Below are positions 25,782 through 40,700 of a DNA stretch of 64,000 nt, one piece after another. A program made the translations under genes and the position numbers. The stretch comes from Proteromonas lacertae. Taxonomy: Eukaryota. The notes beneath the pieces were generated by a model that ran no database searches, was not told where the DNA came from, and saw nothing but the letters and a program-made list of their open reading frames with translations. The first letter of the stretch is position 1. Every line of letters starts with the position of its first letter. The stretch lies in contig NGBS01000871.1 in NCBI GenBank assembly GCA_002245135.1, positions 124,001-188,000 on the forward strand. Reading direction: 5' to 3'.

Positions 25782-28700
25782 ATGAAATTCATACTACCTG
25801 TTCTAGCTATACTGAGTATAATTTATTTGCATTATTAAATTTCTACATAGGTATCGTAATAGCTGATAGTTGCACTATAAAGAAGGATTTAATCGAGTTA
25901 TCTACTCAAAGTTCTTCTAATATATCGATAGTAAATTGCGTGAACGAAATATCTTCTTGTATAATTAATCCCAGATTACCAAGTGCCTTAAAACTATCTT
26001 CGAATTGTGTAATAAGTGGCCAATCGAGTAAAACAGTAGAGAGACGAGAATTTGAAGTAAAATATGTCATACGATGGTATTGTATATAAAGAAAAAGTAG
26101 AATATAGTGATATATGGAATATTGAATAGTTGTAGTTATGGAGTTAGTTCCGATGGAATAATAATATCTGGAAGTAATGCCTTTACAATCTCTGCCCCTC
26201 GATGTAATTCTCCAATCAAAAGTTGTAGTTGTGGATGATTTACCATCTGGAGTAAAAATATCAGAAAATGGAACAATCTACACTGAAGGAGAGACAAGTG
26301 AATCTTCTAAAAGTAGTTATACAATCGTTTGTAGTGATGGATACTAAGTCCTGATTACTATTTCTTTACAATTAAGGAATAAAATCGAGTAGTGAATCAA
26401 AACCCCTTCAATATTTCCAATATCCAACAAATGATTTTGGCATTTTATGAAAATAGAGAAGCTTCAATAGCACCAACATATTTAGGTAATATAAAAAAAG
26501 GAGGTTGTAGTTATACATCAGGAAATAGCTTTTATGATGGAGTTACACTTGATCATGATACTTGTGTAATAAGTGGTAGAATTGGTGAAATTCCTAAACC
26601 AGCTGAATATACACAGCATTTTATTACAATAACTGTAATATCAGCTGATGATCTTAGTAAATGTACATATACAATGAATATTCGATATATTAGTGATAGT
26701 CATGGAAATTATCAACATGGTTGGTTAATCAAATTTTATCGATTTAAAACTGCTGATTGTGTTACTAAATATGTAGATCAAACAGGCAAAAAAGAATTAA
26801 TATATGTAGGAGTAAGAGATTATATAAATTACACTAAAGGTAGTAGTTTATGGCCCGAATATGGCTGGCATTTAGAAGAATATTCTTCATTAAGTTCAAT
26901 TGGATTTTATCATGAAAATAGTCCCAAAACATATTTTGGTTATAGTGGTGTAGTAGATGTATATCTAGGTATTAATAATCATTGGCCAGTTCCTGGTCTG
27001 CCAGATTATACCACCAATGCTGATTGTAGCCCACCATCCAAAACATTATATGGAACTCTATATGGTAAAGGTATAGTAGAAATGCATATGCATAGAGGAA
27101 ATGGAACAGATGATGAATTTAAATATCTAATAGAAGATTATACTAGTGATAAACTAGGTGAATTTATTGGTCCATCTACTGTATCTCATCAATATTTAGG
27201 ATTATTTGAATATTCTTTAATGAAAGCAATATATCCAGCTCATACTAAAATTCCAATTAATAAACCAATTTTACAAGCTTGGTTTAGAGTAGAACGTCCA
27301 ATTGACAGTTTTGAAATTGATCGAGAATTACCAATTGGATTAGAATTTGATCCTAGAACAGGATGTATAAGTGGATATAGTGATGAACTAACAGAATCTC
27401 AATATTATACAATAACATTAAGAGGAAGAGATAATTATAATAATGAAAATAAAAATGTTCCATTTGTATTTACATGTGAAATTGAGATAGAAATAGAAGA
27501 ATATATAAGTTCCGAAAATGAAATAGAATGTGATTCAACTAAAGTAGTTAGTGTAACAAATAAAGAAATAAGTCCAATTATTTGTAGAAGAAAAAGTGGA
27601 GGTAAAATATTATTTCATTCAACTGATTTACCATTAGGTATAAATATAAATGAAGATGGAATAATCAGTGGAACTCCATCAGAAGTAATATCTAATCATA
27701 TATCAACAATTTATGGATATACAATAAATGGAGTTAGTTCAATTGATATTCAATTTGAAATAAATGACTGTATAATTCCATCTGATTTAATGGAACTATC
27801 AATAAATCAAGCTTCGAATATATCAATAATCCGCTGTAAAAATGATATATCTTCTTGTATAATAACACCCAGATTACCAAATGGTTTAAAACTATCTTCG
27901 AATTGTATGATAAGTGGAGAATCAAGTCGAACTTTAGATCGAAAAGAATTTGAGCTAAAATATGTTTATAATGGAATTGTGAATAAAGAAAAAGTGAATA
28001 TAGTGATATATGGAATATTGAATAGTTGTAATTATGGAGTGAATAATGATGGAATAATAATATCTGGAAGTAATGCCTTTACAATCTCTGCTCCTCGATG
28101 TAATTCTCCAATCAAAAGTTGTAGTTGTGATGATTTACCATCTGGAGTAAAAATATCAGAAAATGGAACAATCTATACTGAAGGAGCAACAAGTGAATCT
28201 TCTAAAAGAAGTTATACAATCGTTTGTAGTGATGGAAGTCGAAGTGTGAATATTCCATTACAATTAAGTATAGATACAACCAAAAGTGGATCAAAACCCC
28301 TTCAATATTTCCAATATCCAACAAATGATTTTGGATTTTATGTTGGAAGACAAGCATCAATAAAACCAATTAGTTATTTAGGTGAAATAAAAAGTTGTTC
28401 ATCAAATCCATCATCATATGCAAGTGGTATTACATTTAATGATAATACTTGTGAGTTTAGTGGGAGTTTTAGTGGAAGTCATACTTATCAAAATGTTTCA
28501 GTAACTGCTGTATCTGCTAATGATCTTAGTTCATCTACATATACAATATATATTCGATATATTAGTGATAGTCATGGAAATTATCAACATGGTTGGTTAA
28601 TCAAATTTTATCGATTTAAAACTGCTAATTGTGTTACTAAATATGTAGATCAAACAGGCAAAAAAGAATTAATATATGTAGGAGTAAGAGATTATATAAA

Positions 28701-31700
28701 TTACACTAAAGGTAGTAGTTTATGGCCCGAATATGGCTGGCATTTAGAAGAATATTCTTCATTAAGTTCAATTGGATTTTATCATGGTCAACAAAGAACA
28801 TTTGTTGCTTATAGTGGTGCAGTAATTGTATATTTCGATTATCCAGGAAAATGGGAGGTTCCTGATTATAATGGTTATATTGGTAAGGATGATTGTAGTA
28901 TACCAAGTCATACTTTAGTTGGTACAGGATTTAATAATAGAGTAGAATTCCATCAATATAGAGGAAATGGAACAGATGATCAATTTAAATATTTAATGTG
29001 TATACCAGTTGGACAAGGATCTGCAGAAACAAATAATTATGTTGGTCCATCTACTGTATCTCATCAATATTTAGGATTATTTGAATATTCTTTAATGAAA
29101 GCAATATATCCAGCTCATACTAAAATTCCAATTAATAAACCAGTTTTACAAGCATGGATTACTGATAGTACTATTAATGGTTATGAAATCGATCGAGAAT
29201 TACCAATTGGATTAGAATTTGATCCTAGAACAGGATGTATAAGTGGATATAGTGATGAACTAACAGAATCTCAATATTATACAATAACAATAAAAGGAAA
29301 CAAAAAAAATTATGGTTCATATACAATGACATGTGAAATCGAGATAGGAATAGAAGAATATATAAGTTCCGAAAATGAAATAGAATGTGATTCAACTAAA
29401 GTAGTTAGTGTAACAAATAAAGAAATAAGTCCAATTATTTGTAGAAGAAAAAGTGGAGGTAAAATATTATTTCATTCAACTGATTTACCATTAGGTATAA
29501 ATATAAATGAAGATGGAATAATCAGTGGAACTCCATCAGAAGTAATATCTAATCATATATCAACAATTTATGGATATACAATAAATGGAGTTAGTTCAAT
29601 TGATATTCAATTTGAAATAAATGACTGTATAATTCCATCTGATTTAATGGAACTATCAATAAATCAAGCTTCGAATATATCAATAATCCGCTGTAAAAAT
29701 GATATATCTTCTTGTATAATAACACCCAGATTACCAAATGGTTTAAAACTATCTTCGAATTGTATGATAAGTGGAGAATCAAGTCGAACTTTAGATCGAA
29801 AAGAATTTGAGCTAAAATATGTTTATAATGGAATTGTGAATAAAGAAAAAGTGAATATAGTGATATATGGAATATTGAATAGTTGTAGTTATGGAGTGAA
29901 TGATGATGGAATAATAATATCTGGAAGTAATGCCTTTACAATCTCTGCTCCTCGATGTAATTCTCCAATCAAAAGTTGTCAGTTGTGATGATTTACCATC
30001 TGGAGTAAAAATATCAGAAAATGGAACAATCTATACTGAAGGAGCAACAATTGAATCATCTGAAAACATGAATTATACAATCGTTTGTAGTGATGGAAGT
30101 CGAAGTGTGAATATTCCATTAAAATTAAGTATAGATACAACCAAAAGTGGATCAAAACCCCTTCAATATTTCCAATATCCAACAAATGATTTTGGATTTT
30201 ATGTTGGAAGACAAGCATCAATAAAACCAATTAGTTATTTAGGTGAAATAAAAAGTTGTTCAGCAAATCCATCATCATATGCAAGTGGTATTACATTTAA
30301 TGATAATGACTTGTGAGTTTAGTGGGAGTTTAGTGAAGTCATACTGTATCAGATACTAATTACCAGTGACTGCTGTATCTGCTAATGATCTTAGTAAATG
30401 TACATATACAATGAATATTCGATATATTAGTGATAGTCATGGAAATTATCAACATGGTTGGTTAATCAAATTTTATCGATTTAAAACTGCTGATTGTGTT
30501 ACTAAATATGTAGATCAAACAGGCAAAAAAGAATTAATATATGTAGGAGTAAGAGATTATATAAATTACACTAAAGGTAGTAGTTTATGGCCCGAATATG
30601 GCTGGCATTTAGAAGAATATTCTTCATTAAGTTCAATTGGATTTTATCATGATAGTAGACCCAAAACATATTTTGGTTATAGTGGTTCAACAATTGTATA
30701 TTTTGGTAGTAATACATGGGCCAGCTCCAGGTTATAAACTTACCGAACGGAGCTGAATATGTTGGTAAAAAAGATTGTAGTATTCCAGATAATACATTAT
30801 ATGGAATTCTAAATGATAAAGGTCCAGTAGAAATGCATATGCATAGAGGAAATGGAACAGATGGTCAATTTCAATATTTTATTGATCGAACACCAGGAAC
30901 AACTCCAGCAAATGATTTTATTGATCCTACTATAGTAGCTCATCAATATTTAGGATTTTTTGAATATTCATTAATGAAAGCAATATATCCAGCTCATACT
31001 AAAATTCCTATTAATAAACCAGTTTTACAAGCATGGATTACTGCTAGTACTATTAATGGTTTTGAAATTGATCGAGAATTACCAATTGGATTAGAATTTG
31101 ATCCTAGAACAGGATGTATAAGTGGATATAGTGATGAACTAACAGAATCTCAATATTATATAATAACAATAAAGGGAAAATAAAAGGTGGTCCATATACA
31201 ATGACATGTGAAATCGAGATAGGAATAGAAGAATATATAAGTTCTGAAAATGAAATAGAATGTGATTCTAAAATATTAAGTGGAAGAATGGATAATGAAA
31301 TAAGTCCAGTGAAATGTGTAAATAAAAATGTAGGTAAAATATTATTTCATTCAACTGATTTACCATTAGGTATAAATATAAATGAAGATGGAATAATCAG
31401 TGGAACTCCATCAGAAGTAATATCTAATCACATATCAAGAATTTATGGATATACAATAAATGGAGTTAGTTCAATTCAGCTTAGATTTGATATTGATATT
31501 GCATGTCATTATAATTCATTTTACTTTAATTATACTATTGTTACTGCAGGAACATCATATACATTTATTCAAAACGATGAAATAATATATTCAACAAATA
31601 ACACAGATTCAGTAGAAGAAGAAAAAATGCTAGTAGTTTGTGCAACTTATGAAACAGATATAAGAATAATAATTAATAGTAATTCAATAATAGGAGGAAG

Positions 31701-34700
31701 ATTTGTATTTCGTCGAAATAAAGATTTAGTATTAGTATCAGGACAAGTAGAAGATTTAATCGATCAAAGAGAAATAATAATAAAGTTTCCAAAAGAAGAT
31801 GAAAAACCAATTCTTAATTACCCTGATATGACAAATTTGATAGTTGGATTTAAATATTATATTGGTCCAATAGTGATAAATGGAGGTTATACATTTGAAA
31901 TTGAAAATCCAAGTGATGATATAAAATTTGATAATAAAACAGGTGCTTTTTATGGAGAAATAACTAATGAATTTAATAGAACGTATATGGTAAAAGCAAC
32001 AAATTATAATGGAGAAAGTATTTTAACTCCAGTAACAATAATATCTTCAAGATGTAAAAATGAAAAACAATTATTCAAATTAAATGTAAATATTGGTGAA
32101 GCTGATAATGGAATTGCTTCTATTGAAATTAAAAGAAAGACTGATAGTACAACAGTATTTGCAGCTCATCAAATGATTGCAACAACATTTGAAAAATCAT
32201 TTTGTGAATTACAAGGAGATTATATTGCATTATATTCATTCACATCTGCTTCTACTATAACAATAGAATTAGAAGATGTAGATGTAACAACACTACTACT
32301 TCCAGGAATAGACTATGGTCAAGATTTCTTTGTTTATCGAGTATATACTGGCGAAAGTAATTGGTATTATACTTCAACATATCATGAAGATTGGATTAAT
32401 ATCACTAATTTTGATAATTCATGGAAAAATAAACCAATGGGTGAATTTGATGATGTGAATAGTATAGTGAGATATTATAAACATAACTTTACAGTTCCAA
32501 ATACTGATTTAAGCACAGCAATATTATTGAATCTTACTTATGCTGGAGGTATAGCAGTTTATATAAATAATTATTTTGTATATATTAATAATTTACCTGA
32601 TGAATATGGAAATAATACTCCATGTAGTTCAACTGCTGTTCAAACAATCCAAATTCCAATAGTTACTTCTTATTTCAAAAGAGATGGAAGTGATAATTAT
32701 ATTTCAATCGAATGTCATTTCCCAAATCAAGATATAAGACCAGATAATTTGAAAGTTAATATTCAATATATGGGAATAAATCAATGTTTGAATGCTCCTG
32801 CAGTTACTGAAGACAATATTGCTGATGTAAATATTACTGCATTTGTTGCACAAACTCAAGCTGTATCAGACAGTACACTTAAAGAATCTGTTTTTACTGG
32901 TGTTTATAGAACTGCAATATATAGTGATCATGAAGGTAAAGGTGGAGCATTCAATTATGATTATGGATCTTATAATGCTTATGAAAATGCTTGGTTTAAA
33001 TACATTTACAAATATCCGATAATGATTTCTAGATATTTATTTAGTGCAAATGGTTTACCATTAATTAATTATGCTGTAAGTTGGGATGTGTTAGGATCAA
33101 ATGATGATAAAACGTGGGATATATTACACTCTGTAAGAAGAACTGCTGAGTTACAGAATGAAGAAGATAGACCATATTATATTCCAAATTTAAAAGGACA
33201 ATATAAATATTATATGTTTAATATAACAGCAAGAGGTGATAATAAGGAAAGATTATCAAATGTATTTAGAACTGCAGGTATGTTACCATCAATGTGTAAT
33301 TATCCACAAACATGTGGTGATATTCCAATGGGAAGTGAAAGTTATTTCATGTGTCCTGAAGGTCAAGAATCTGATGAAAAAACGGCTACATCTGAACCAA
33401 TCAGGATAGTGGAACAATGTAAAAATTTGAAGGGTATTCCAACACTTCATGATGATGATTTACATACTCGTAATGGTTGTTCAAGAAAACATATAATATT
33501 CGATGCATCTAATAATCTAGTAACTGGTTATGTTGGAAGAGAAGTCCCAACATATAGATCATATTTATATGTTGATAGAACTACAAATACAACAATTACT
33601 TCTACTCCAGAATTACCTGAAGGAGTGAAAATAGATCAATTGAGTGGAAGAATATATGGTGTTGCTAATGAAGTTAGAAAAGAAACATCATATAAAATAA
33701 CTGTAACTAATAATAATTATCCTGATGAACAAAAAATAAAAGAAAGAACAATTAAATTAGCAATATTAACTCAATATTGTTTAGAAAAAGATATTTGGCC
33801 TAAAACTGAATTTAACCAAATAGCTTCATTAGAATGTGATGAAGGATGTCATGGAAATAAAACAAGAAGATGTGAAATAGTGAATGGCAATCCCGAATGG
33901 GGCGATGTTAATTATGAAGGATGTTCTTATCCACAATCAGTAATATATCCAAATACAACTACTCATTATTTAGATATCGGAATAATAAAACCTAAAGTTA
34001 TTTCAATGGAAGATAAGAATTTAACATTTGAAATAGTATCTGAAAATGAAATATCTCGATTATTAAAGATAAATGAAAGTAGTGGAGAAATAAGTGGAAA
34101 TATAACATTAAATATAACATCAAATGATTATGAAATATTGGTTAATGTAACAGGAAATCATACAATCACTACTTCATTTATACTAACGGTGGGTATAATA
34201 GTTCCAAATATTAGTTATAATAGAGAGATATATAAAGGAGCAAAAGGATTATATTTTGAAAGTGAAGTTGGAAATATTAATGCTTATCAACCAAAATTAT
34301 CAATATCTCCTGATCCATCATCTGTACATTCTGGATTATCATTTAATTCAAGTGATGGAAGAATATATGGAACTGTAAATACACTATTAAATGAATCATT
34401 AACAGTAACAGTAGAAAGTGGAGATTTACCTTCATCTTCATGTGAAATAAGAATATTGATAGAAGAATTTGAGTATATATTTGATGAGATTCATAAAACT
34501 GACAAAATCTCAATTTCTCCAAAAGGCGTTGCAGAAAATTCAAAATTCGAATTTAAAGATGAAGAAATAAAGAAAATATTAGAAAATATAAACATCTATT
34601 TAAATGAAAATAATGGAAAATTATATACTCGAGAAAATGAAGTTATAAAAGATATATTAAATGAAACTTCAATAACAATAATACAAACATTAAAAGGAGT

Positions 34701-37700
34701 ATCAATTGAAACAACATTCAATTTAACAATAACAAAATATACCTTCAATTATACAGATGTGAAAGATGCTTATCATAAATATGAATCACTAGAATTAATA
34801 CCAACAATAAAACATGAAAATGTAAAAGTATTTGAATTAATAGATAATATAAGCGAAACTTTAAAGAAACTAGGAATAGAATTAAATTCAAATACAGGTG
34901 TTATATCAAGTAATAGAATATTAGATATAGTAGAAAATCATACATTAATAATAAATGTAATTCAAAAACTGAAAGATGATAGAGAATTTGAAGCAGAAGT
35001 GATTCTTAATTTATATTATCCAAAACCACCAGAATTTATATATGATATGGATGAAATGTATTATTATAAAGAAAAAATCAATATATCTCCAAGTAACAAA
35101 AGTGAAAATTCAATATTCATAATTGATCCTCCAGAGATTGAAACTAAAATGAATGATATAGGAATAATATTCAATAAAACAAGTGGGTTAATTAGAAGCG
35201 ATAATATAACTGGATTTATGAATGAAACATTTATGATAATACAAAGTAATGAATATAAACCAGACAATACCAATTTTACAATGACTTTATTGGTTGTTTA
35301 TCCTGCTCCAACAAAATTGAAATATGGAAATGATAGTTATAGATTAATAGTGAGTGATATATTTGAAATCATACCAACAGAATGGGATAATAATGTAGAT
35401 GCAAAGTTTTATTATGAATCTGAAATAGATTTGGATGAATATAACATAACATTAAATAATGAAAATGGTATAATAAGTGGAACTCCCACTCTGAACCTGT
35501 CAGAGACTGAAATAATTATAATATTGAAGAATACAGCTGGAAATATTTCATTTACATTTTCTTTAACAATTGTTTATCCTCCATTAGATAGAATAACTTA
35601 TGATAAAAAAATGGAAGGAGAAGTAGCTGAATATTATGAATATAAACCCAATTATGCTCATCCAGATCCAACAATCAATTTTAATCTAAATGAAAGTGAT
35701 TTGAATGATATAATAAGTAGAAATTTGACATTTAATGAATCAAATGGTATAATTAGTGGAATTCCTTTGAATAGTTTATTTAAAGAAATAGTAATAAAAA
35801 TAACAAGTGATAATGAAAGAGAAGGAATTGAAAGAACAATTTATATATCAATCTATAAACTAGTAATTCCAACAATATATTATGAAAATTCAACAATGAA
35901 AGTTCATTTCAATTATTCATTCAGTTATAAACCAACTTCTTATGTAGGAAAATATGATAGTTTCTATGTGAATGAATCTGATGAGAAAATATTAGAAGAA
36001 TATAATATGATACTGAATAATAGAACAGGTGAAATCTCAGGTAAACCAATGAAATTAACTGATAAAAATGAAAATACAAATATAACAATTTATATAAAGA
36101 ATAAATTAGGAATAAATTCAACTGTTTTAAGAATCTTAGTAGTTTATGCACCACCAACAGTATTAGAATATCCTGTTAATTACTTGAAATTGTATATTGA
36201 TAAAGAGTTTGAATTAAAACCAAACAGAGTAGTAGGAGAACCAGATATAAAATTCAAAATAGAACCATCCCAAAATGAAACATATAATATCACAATTGAT
36301 GAGAATGATGGAAGAATGTATGGAACACCTATAGAAGTAACATATGATCCGATAGAAATATCATTAATAGTGTATAATGAAGAAGGTTATGTGAGTTTTA
36401 AATTGAATTTTACAATAGTCTATCCAGTTCCACTTGAATTTTCAAGTGATGAAGTATCTTTTGTATTTAATACAATTACTGAATTTGAAACAGAAGAAAT
36501 TAGAACAAAATATTCAGGAAGAGATATGAATATAAAATATGAATGTGATTTTGGAGTGAATGAATATAATTTAACATTTAATGAAACAAATGGAGTGATA
36601 AGTGGATTGATAGAAGATGTGAATACTTATAATTTCACAATATATGCTTCAAATTTGGAAGGAAGATCAAATGAATCAATTATAATAACAATTAGAATTA
36701 GACCAACTAAATGTAGTATATTAACATATTTACCATCAATTTATACATTTTATGAGTATGAAAGTAAAGTGAATATATCAAGTCCAACATCTGATACACT
36801 AATTGAATCATATGAAGTATTAGAAAAATCAAAATTTGAATCATATGGATTGAAATTGAATAAAACAAGTGGAGAAATCTATGGAATAAGTGGAAAAAGA
36901 ACAGAAGGAGAAAATTTCACAATTTATGGAATAAACGAAGATGGAAATTGTTCAACTGAAATAACCATAATCATAATAATTCATCCACCACCATTTTATG
37001 GATATGAGATTAATAATACAGTAATATTTGAAAGAACCAGAGAAAAACTTCCTTCAAAACCAATTATTAAAAATGATTATCCAACAGTGGAAGTAGATGG
37101 ATATGAATTGAATATAACTGATGAAGTGTTAGAAGAATATAATATAACATTCAATAATATAAGTGGTATATTTAGTGGAAAGAGTGAAAAGAATGGAATA
37201 ATATATGTAGAAGTAACAGCTTATAATTATATAGGAGAAACAAAACAGAATATAACTATCACAATAATTGATCCAATTCCTAATTTAATAAGATATAGTG
37301 AAGATTTGATAGATCGAAAGTTTTATGTAGGAAAAAATTATTCAATTGAACCATTAGAATATGATAGATCAATATTATATTTTGATATATCACCATTAGA
37401 TAAATTGGAAGAATATGGATTGATGTTTGATAATATGAGTGGAAGAATAAGTGGAAATATCTCATCTCCATTTGAATTAACAACATTCACAATATATGGG
37501 CATAATAATAATCCTCAGAATATTGCATTAGATTATAAATTAGAATTAATAGGCAAACATCCACCACCAATATATATAGAATATAATCCAAATTATCTAT
37601 CAGTAAATGTAAATGACACATTTAACTTTAACAAACCAACAGTAATTGGTAATTATACATCATTTGCAATGAATGAATTAGTTGAATTTGATAATGGAAC

Positions 37701-40700
37701 AATATTGTTCAATAATAAAACAGGTGAATTAAGTGGGTATTATTCATCTTACCATGAAATTTCAGTTGTATTAACAATATATGCATTGAATGATGAAGGA
37801 AATACTTCAACCAATGTTAGTATTCAAATATTATCACCTCCACCTACTTCTATTGTTTATAACCAGAGTGTTTATTATTGTATTCAATTATTATACTGTT
37901 ATATTCCTGAACCAACTGTAGGATATCAAGATCGAGTAGATGGTTATTTAGTGAATAAAACATTATCGGAATATGGATTAGATTTTAATGAAGATGATGG
38001 TTCAATGAATGGATTAATAAATAAGAAGTTTTTAGGTGATTTATATTTGAATATTACAGCTTATAATTTGAGAGGATCTTTATCAGCATTTATATTGATT
38101 AAAATAATAAGAAATAAACATGAAACTGTAACTCCAGCTCCAGTTCCAAGTATTGATCCTCCATCTCCACCACCATCTGATCCACTTGAAGAAGTGAATG
38201 ATATATTACAGATTGAAATAGAATTAAGAAGTAAAAATGAAAATCCAATGATATTACAAAGATTAATTTGTACTTCAAACACAACTGATTATTATTTACA
38301 ATTAATAAAAACAGATGAAAAATTACCTCCAATAAATTCAAACGAAGAAAACATACTTATAAATTATCCAATCAAAGAATATATAGGAATTCATTTACAG
38401 TTATTAGAGAAAGAAGGATTTCCATATTTATTGAATAAAATATTAGGAAATATGAAAAGGAAAACCAATTTGATATTAGCATCAACAAAAAGAGCAGAAA
38501 CACCATTAAGAATATTGCAATATGCCAAAGATTCCAAAGTATTTAGACTAGACATATCATTATATAAACAATCAAAACAGAGTGAAGAAAACAATAGAAA
38601 TAATAGATATTTGACAGAACTAGTAGAAGATGATGATTATAATTATAATTATATAAATAGGAATAGGAAAAGAAGTAGAAGAAGTGTATTAGAGAATAAT
38701 AATAATAATAAACATTATAGAGTTATAGAATTATATAGAATAAATAAATGTGGAATATTTGGTGACTTAATAAATGTGACAATGAGAAATATATATATTA
38801 GAATTTATGATACATTAGAAATCAGATGTAGTGGAACTTATGGTATATTAGCCAATACAGTAGTTAATTCAACATTAAAGAATATAAAAATCGAATTTTT
38901 CAATTCCAATACAAGGCATATTTATATATATAGTAATTCGGGTGATAAATTTGGATTATTATGTGGAAGTGCAATAAATTCAACATTTGAAGATGTTAGA
39001 ATAATAGGTGATTCATTAACAATAAGAACCAAATCAAATAATACAAATGAAAATGAGAATGGGAATGAAAATGATAATATAATACTTTCTTCAATGATAG
39101 GAGAATGTGATAATTGTTCAATCGAATATTCCTTTGTAGATTTATTATCATTGAGAATAATAAATGAAAATGGAAATGAGAATAATAAAGTGATATTTGG
39201 TGGAATATTTGGATTAGTAAAAAACGGAAATGTTTCAATGAATATAACATTCGCATTAATAAGAAAATCGTTATTAATAACAGCTCCAGAAATTAATGTT
39301 AATGGAATGAAAGTAATATATGGTGGTTTAGTTGGTTTAATAATGAGAAATACAAAAGTGAATATATATTCAAGTTGGTATAAGATGGTTTCAAATGGAA
39401 TCTATAGTAAAATATCAGATATGAGATTTGGCGGATTTGTTGGTTATTATGAAGATATTGATAATAGTTATATAAAGTTGAATGTTGAATATTCATATGT
39501 AAGATATATAGTGAAATATAGATATTTAAGTAATATTTATATTGGATTATTCTTTGGATTTGAAGATTCTGATAATAATAATAATAATATAGAATTAATA
39601 AATCAGAATAATTATGGATATTCATCTTATCCATTTATTTGTGATTCTAAATCATTCTATCTATTACCATTTGCCATAGAACCATCTAAACGATTACTTC
39701 AAGGCATAGATCCAGGTGAACCAAATCAATGGCCTTCATTCTGTGTTGATAATAATACATATTATGGTGATGGTATATATCATTCATGTTGTTATGATAT
39801 GGAATGTGATGAAAAATTGAAGTTATATAATTTCCAATATAGTAAAATATCTGGATTTTATACGAATTATGCTCCAGCTGAAACATCGGAAGGAATTCAT
39901 GATAAATCAACCTTATTTTTGAAAAGAAGAATGTTTTTATCTCCTTTTACAAGATTATCAAAAAGAAGAATAGTGACAGATAATTATAAGCATTCAAATG
40001 CATATTTAGGAATGGTGACAAGTTCAAATTGTCCATCGAATTGTAATAAGAATGGAAAATGTCTAAATGGCAAATGTGCATGTTATCCTGGTTATGGAAG
40101 TGCTGATTGTAGTTTAAGAACATGTCCATATGGAAAAGTGAATGGATTGAATGTTTATATGGAATGTTCCAATCAAGGAAAATGTAACACAGATAGTGGA
40201 ATGTGTGAATGTTTTGATGGATTTGAAGGAAGAGATTGTTCTAGAATGAGTTGTCCAAATCAATGTAGTAATCATGGAGTATGTCATGAAGTGAAAGATG
40301 TAGAATTAGTAGATGGAAAAATTATACCTCAGTTTACTCGAAGTTATAAAAAAATAGATGGAAAATTAGTTCAAGTTTGTATATGTGATGATGAATATGA
40401 AGGATATGATTGTAGTTTAAGGAAATGTCCAAGAGGATATTATGAAAGAAGTGATGATTGTGAATCATTCTCTCAAGATAAACAAACAATAATATTTAAC
40501 ATTACTTCAAATACCCCAAATTATGGTGAAGGTGATAAAATATTTTTGAGATATACAGATCCATTTGGAATGAAATGGTACACAAATGAAATAAGATACA
40601 ATGAAGTAGATGATTGGAAGAAAGAATTATATACATTGCCAAGTGGAATAATTAGTTTAGAAGATATAAGAATATCAAATGATGATTTAGAAGAAACTAA

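Noticed and set aside
26914..30940. Diversity-generating retroelement (template/variable repeat pair) as the cause of the variable cassettes
   Set aside because: Differences involve all four bases and indels rather than adenine-specific changes, and no reverse transcriptase is present in the window.
34343..40129. Numerous 60-110 aa antisense and alternate-frame ORFs (also inside SEC24, IleRS and CaMK)
   Set aside because: Shadows of AT-rich coding sequence on the other strand, with no motifs of their own.
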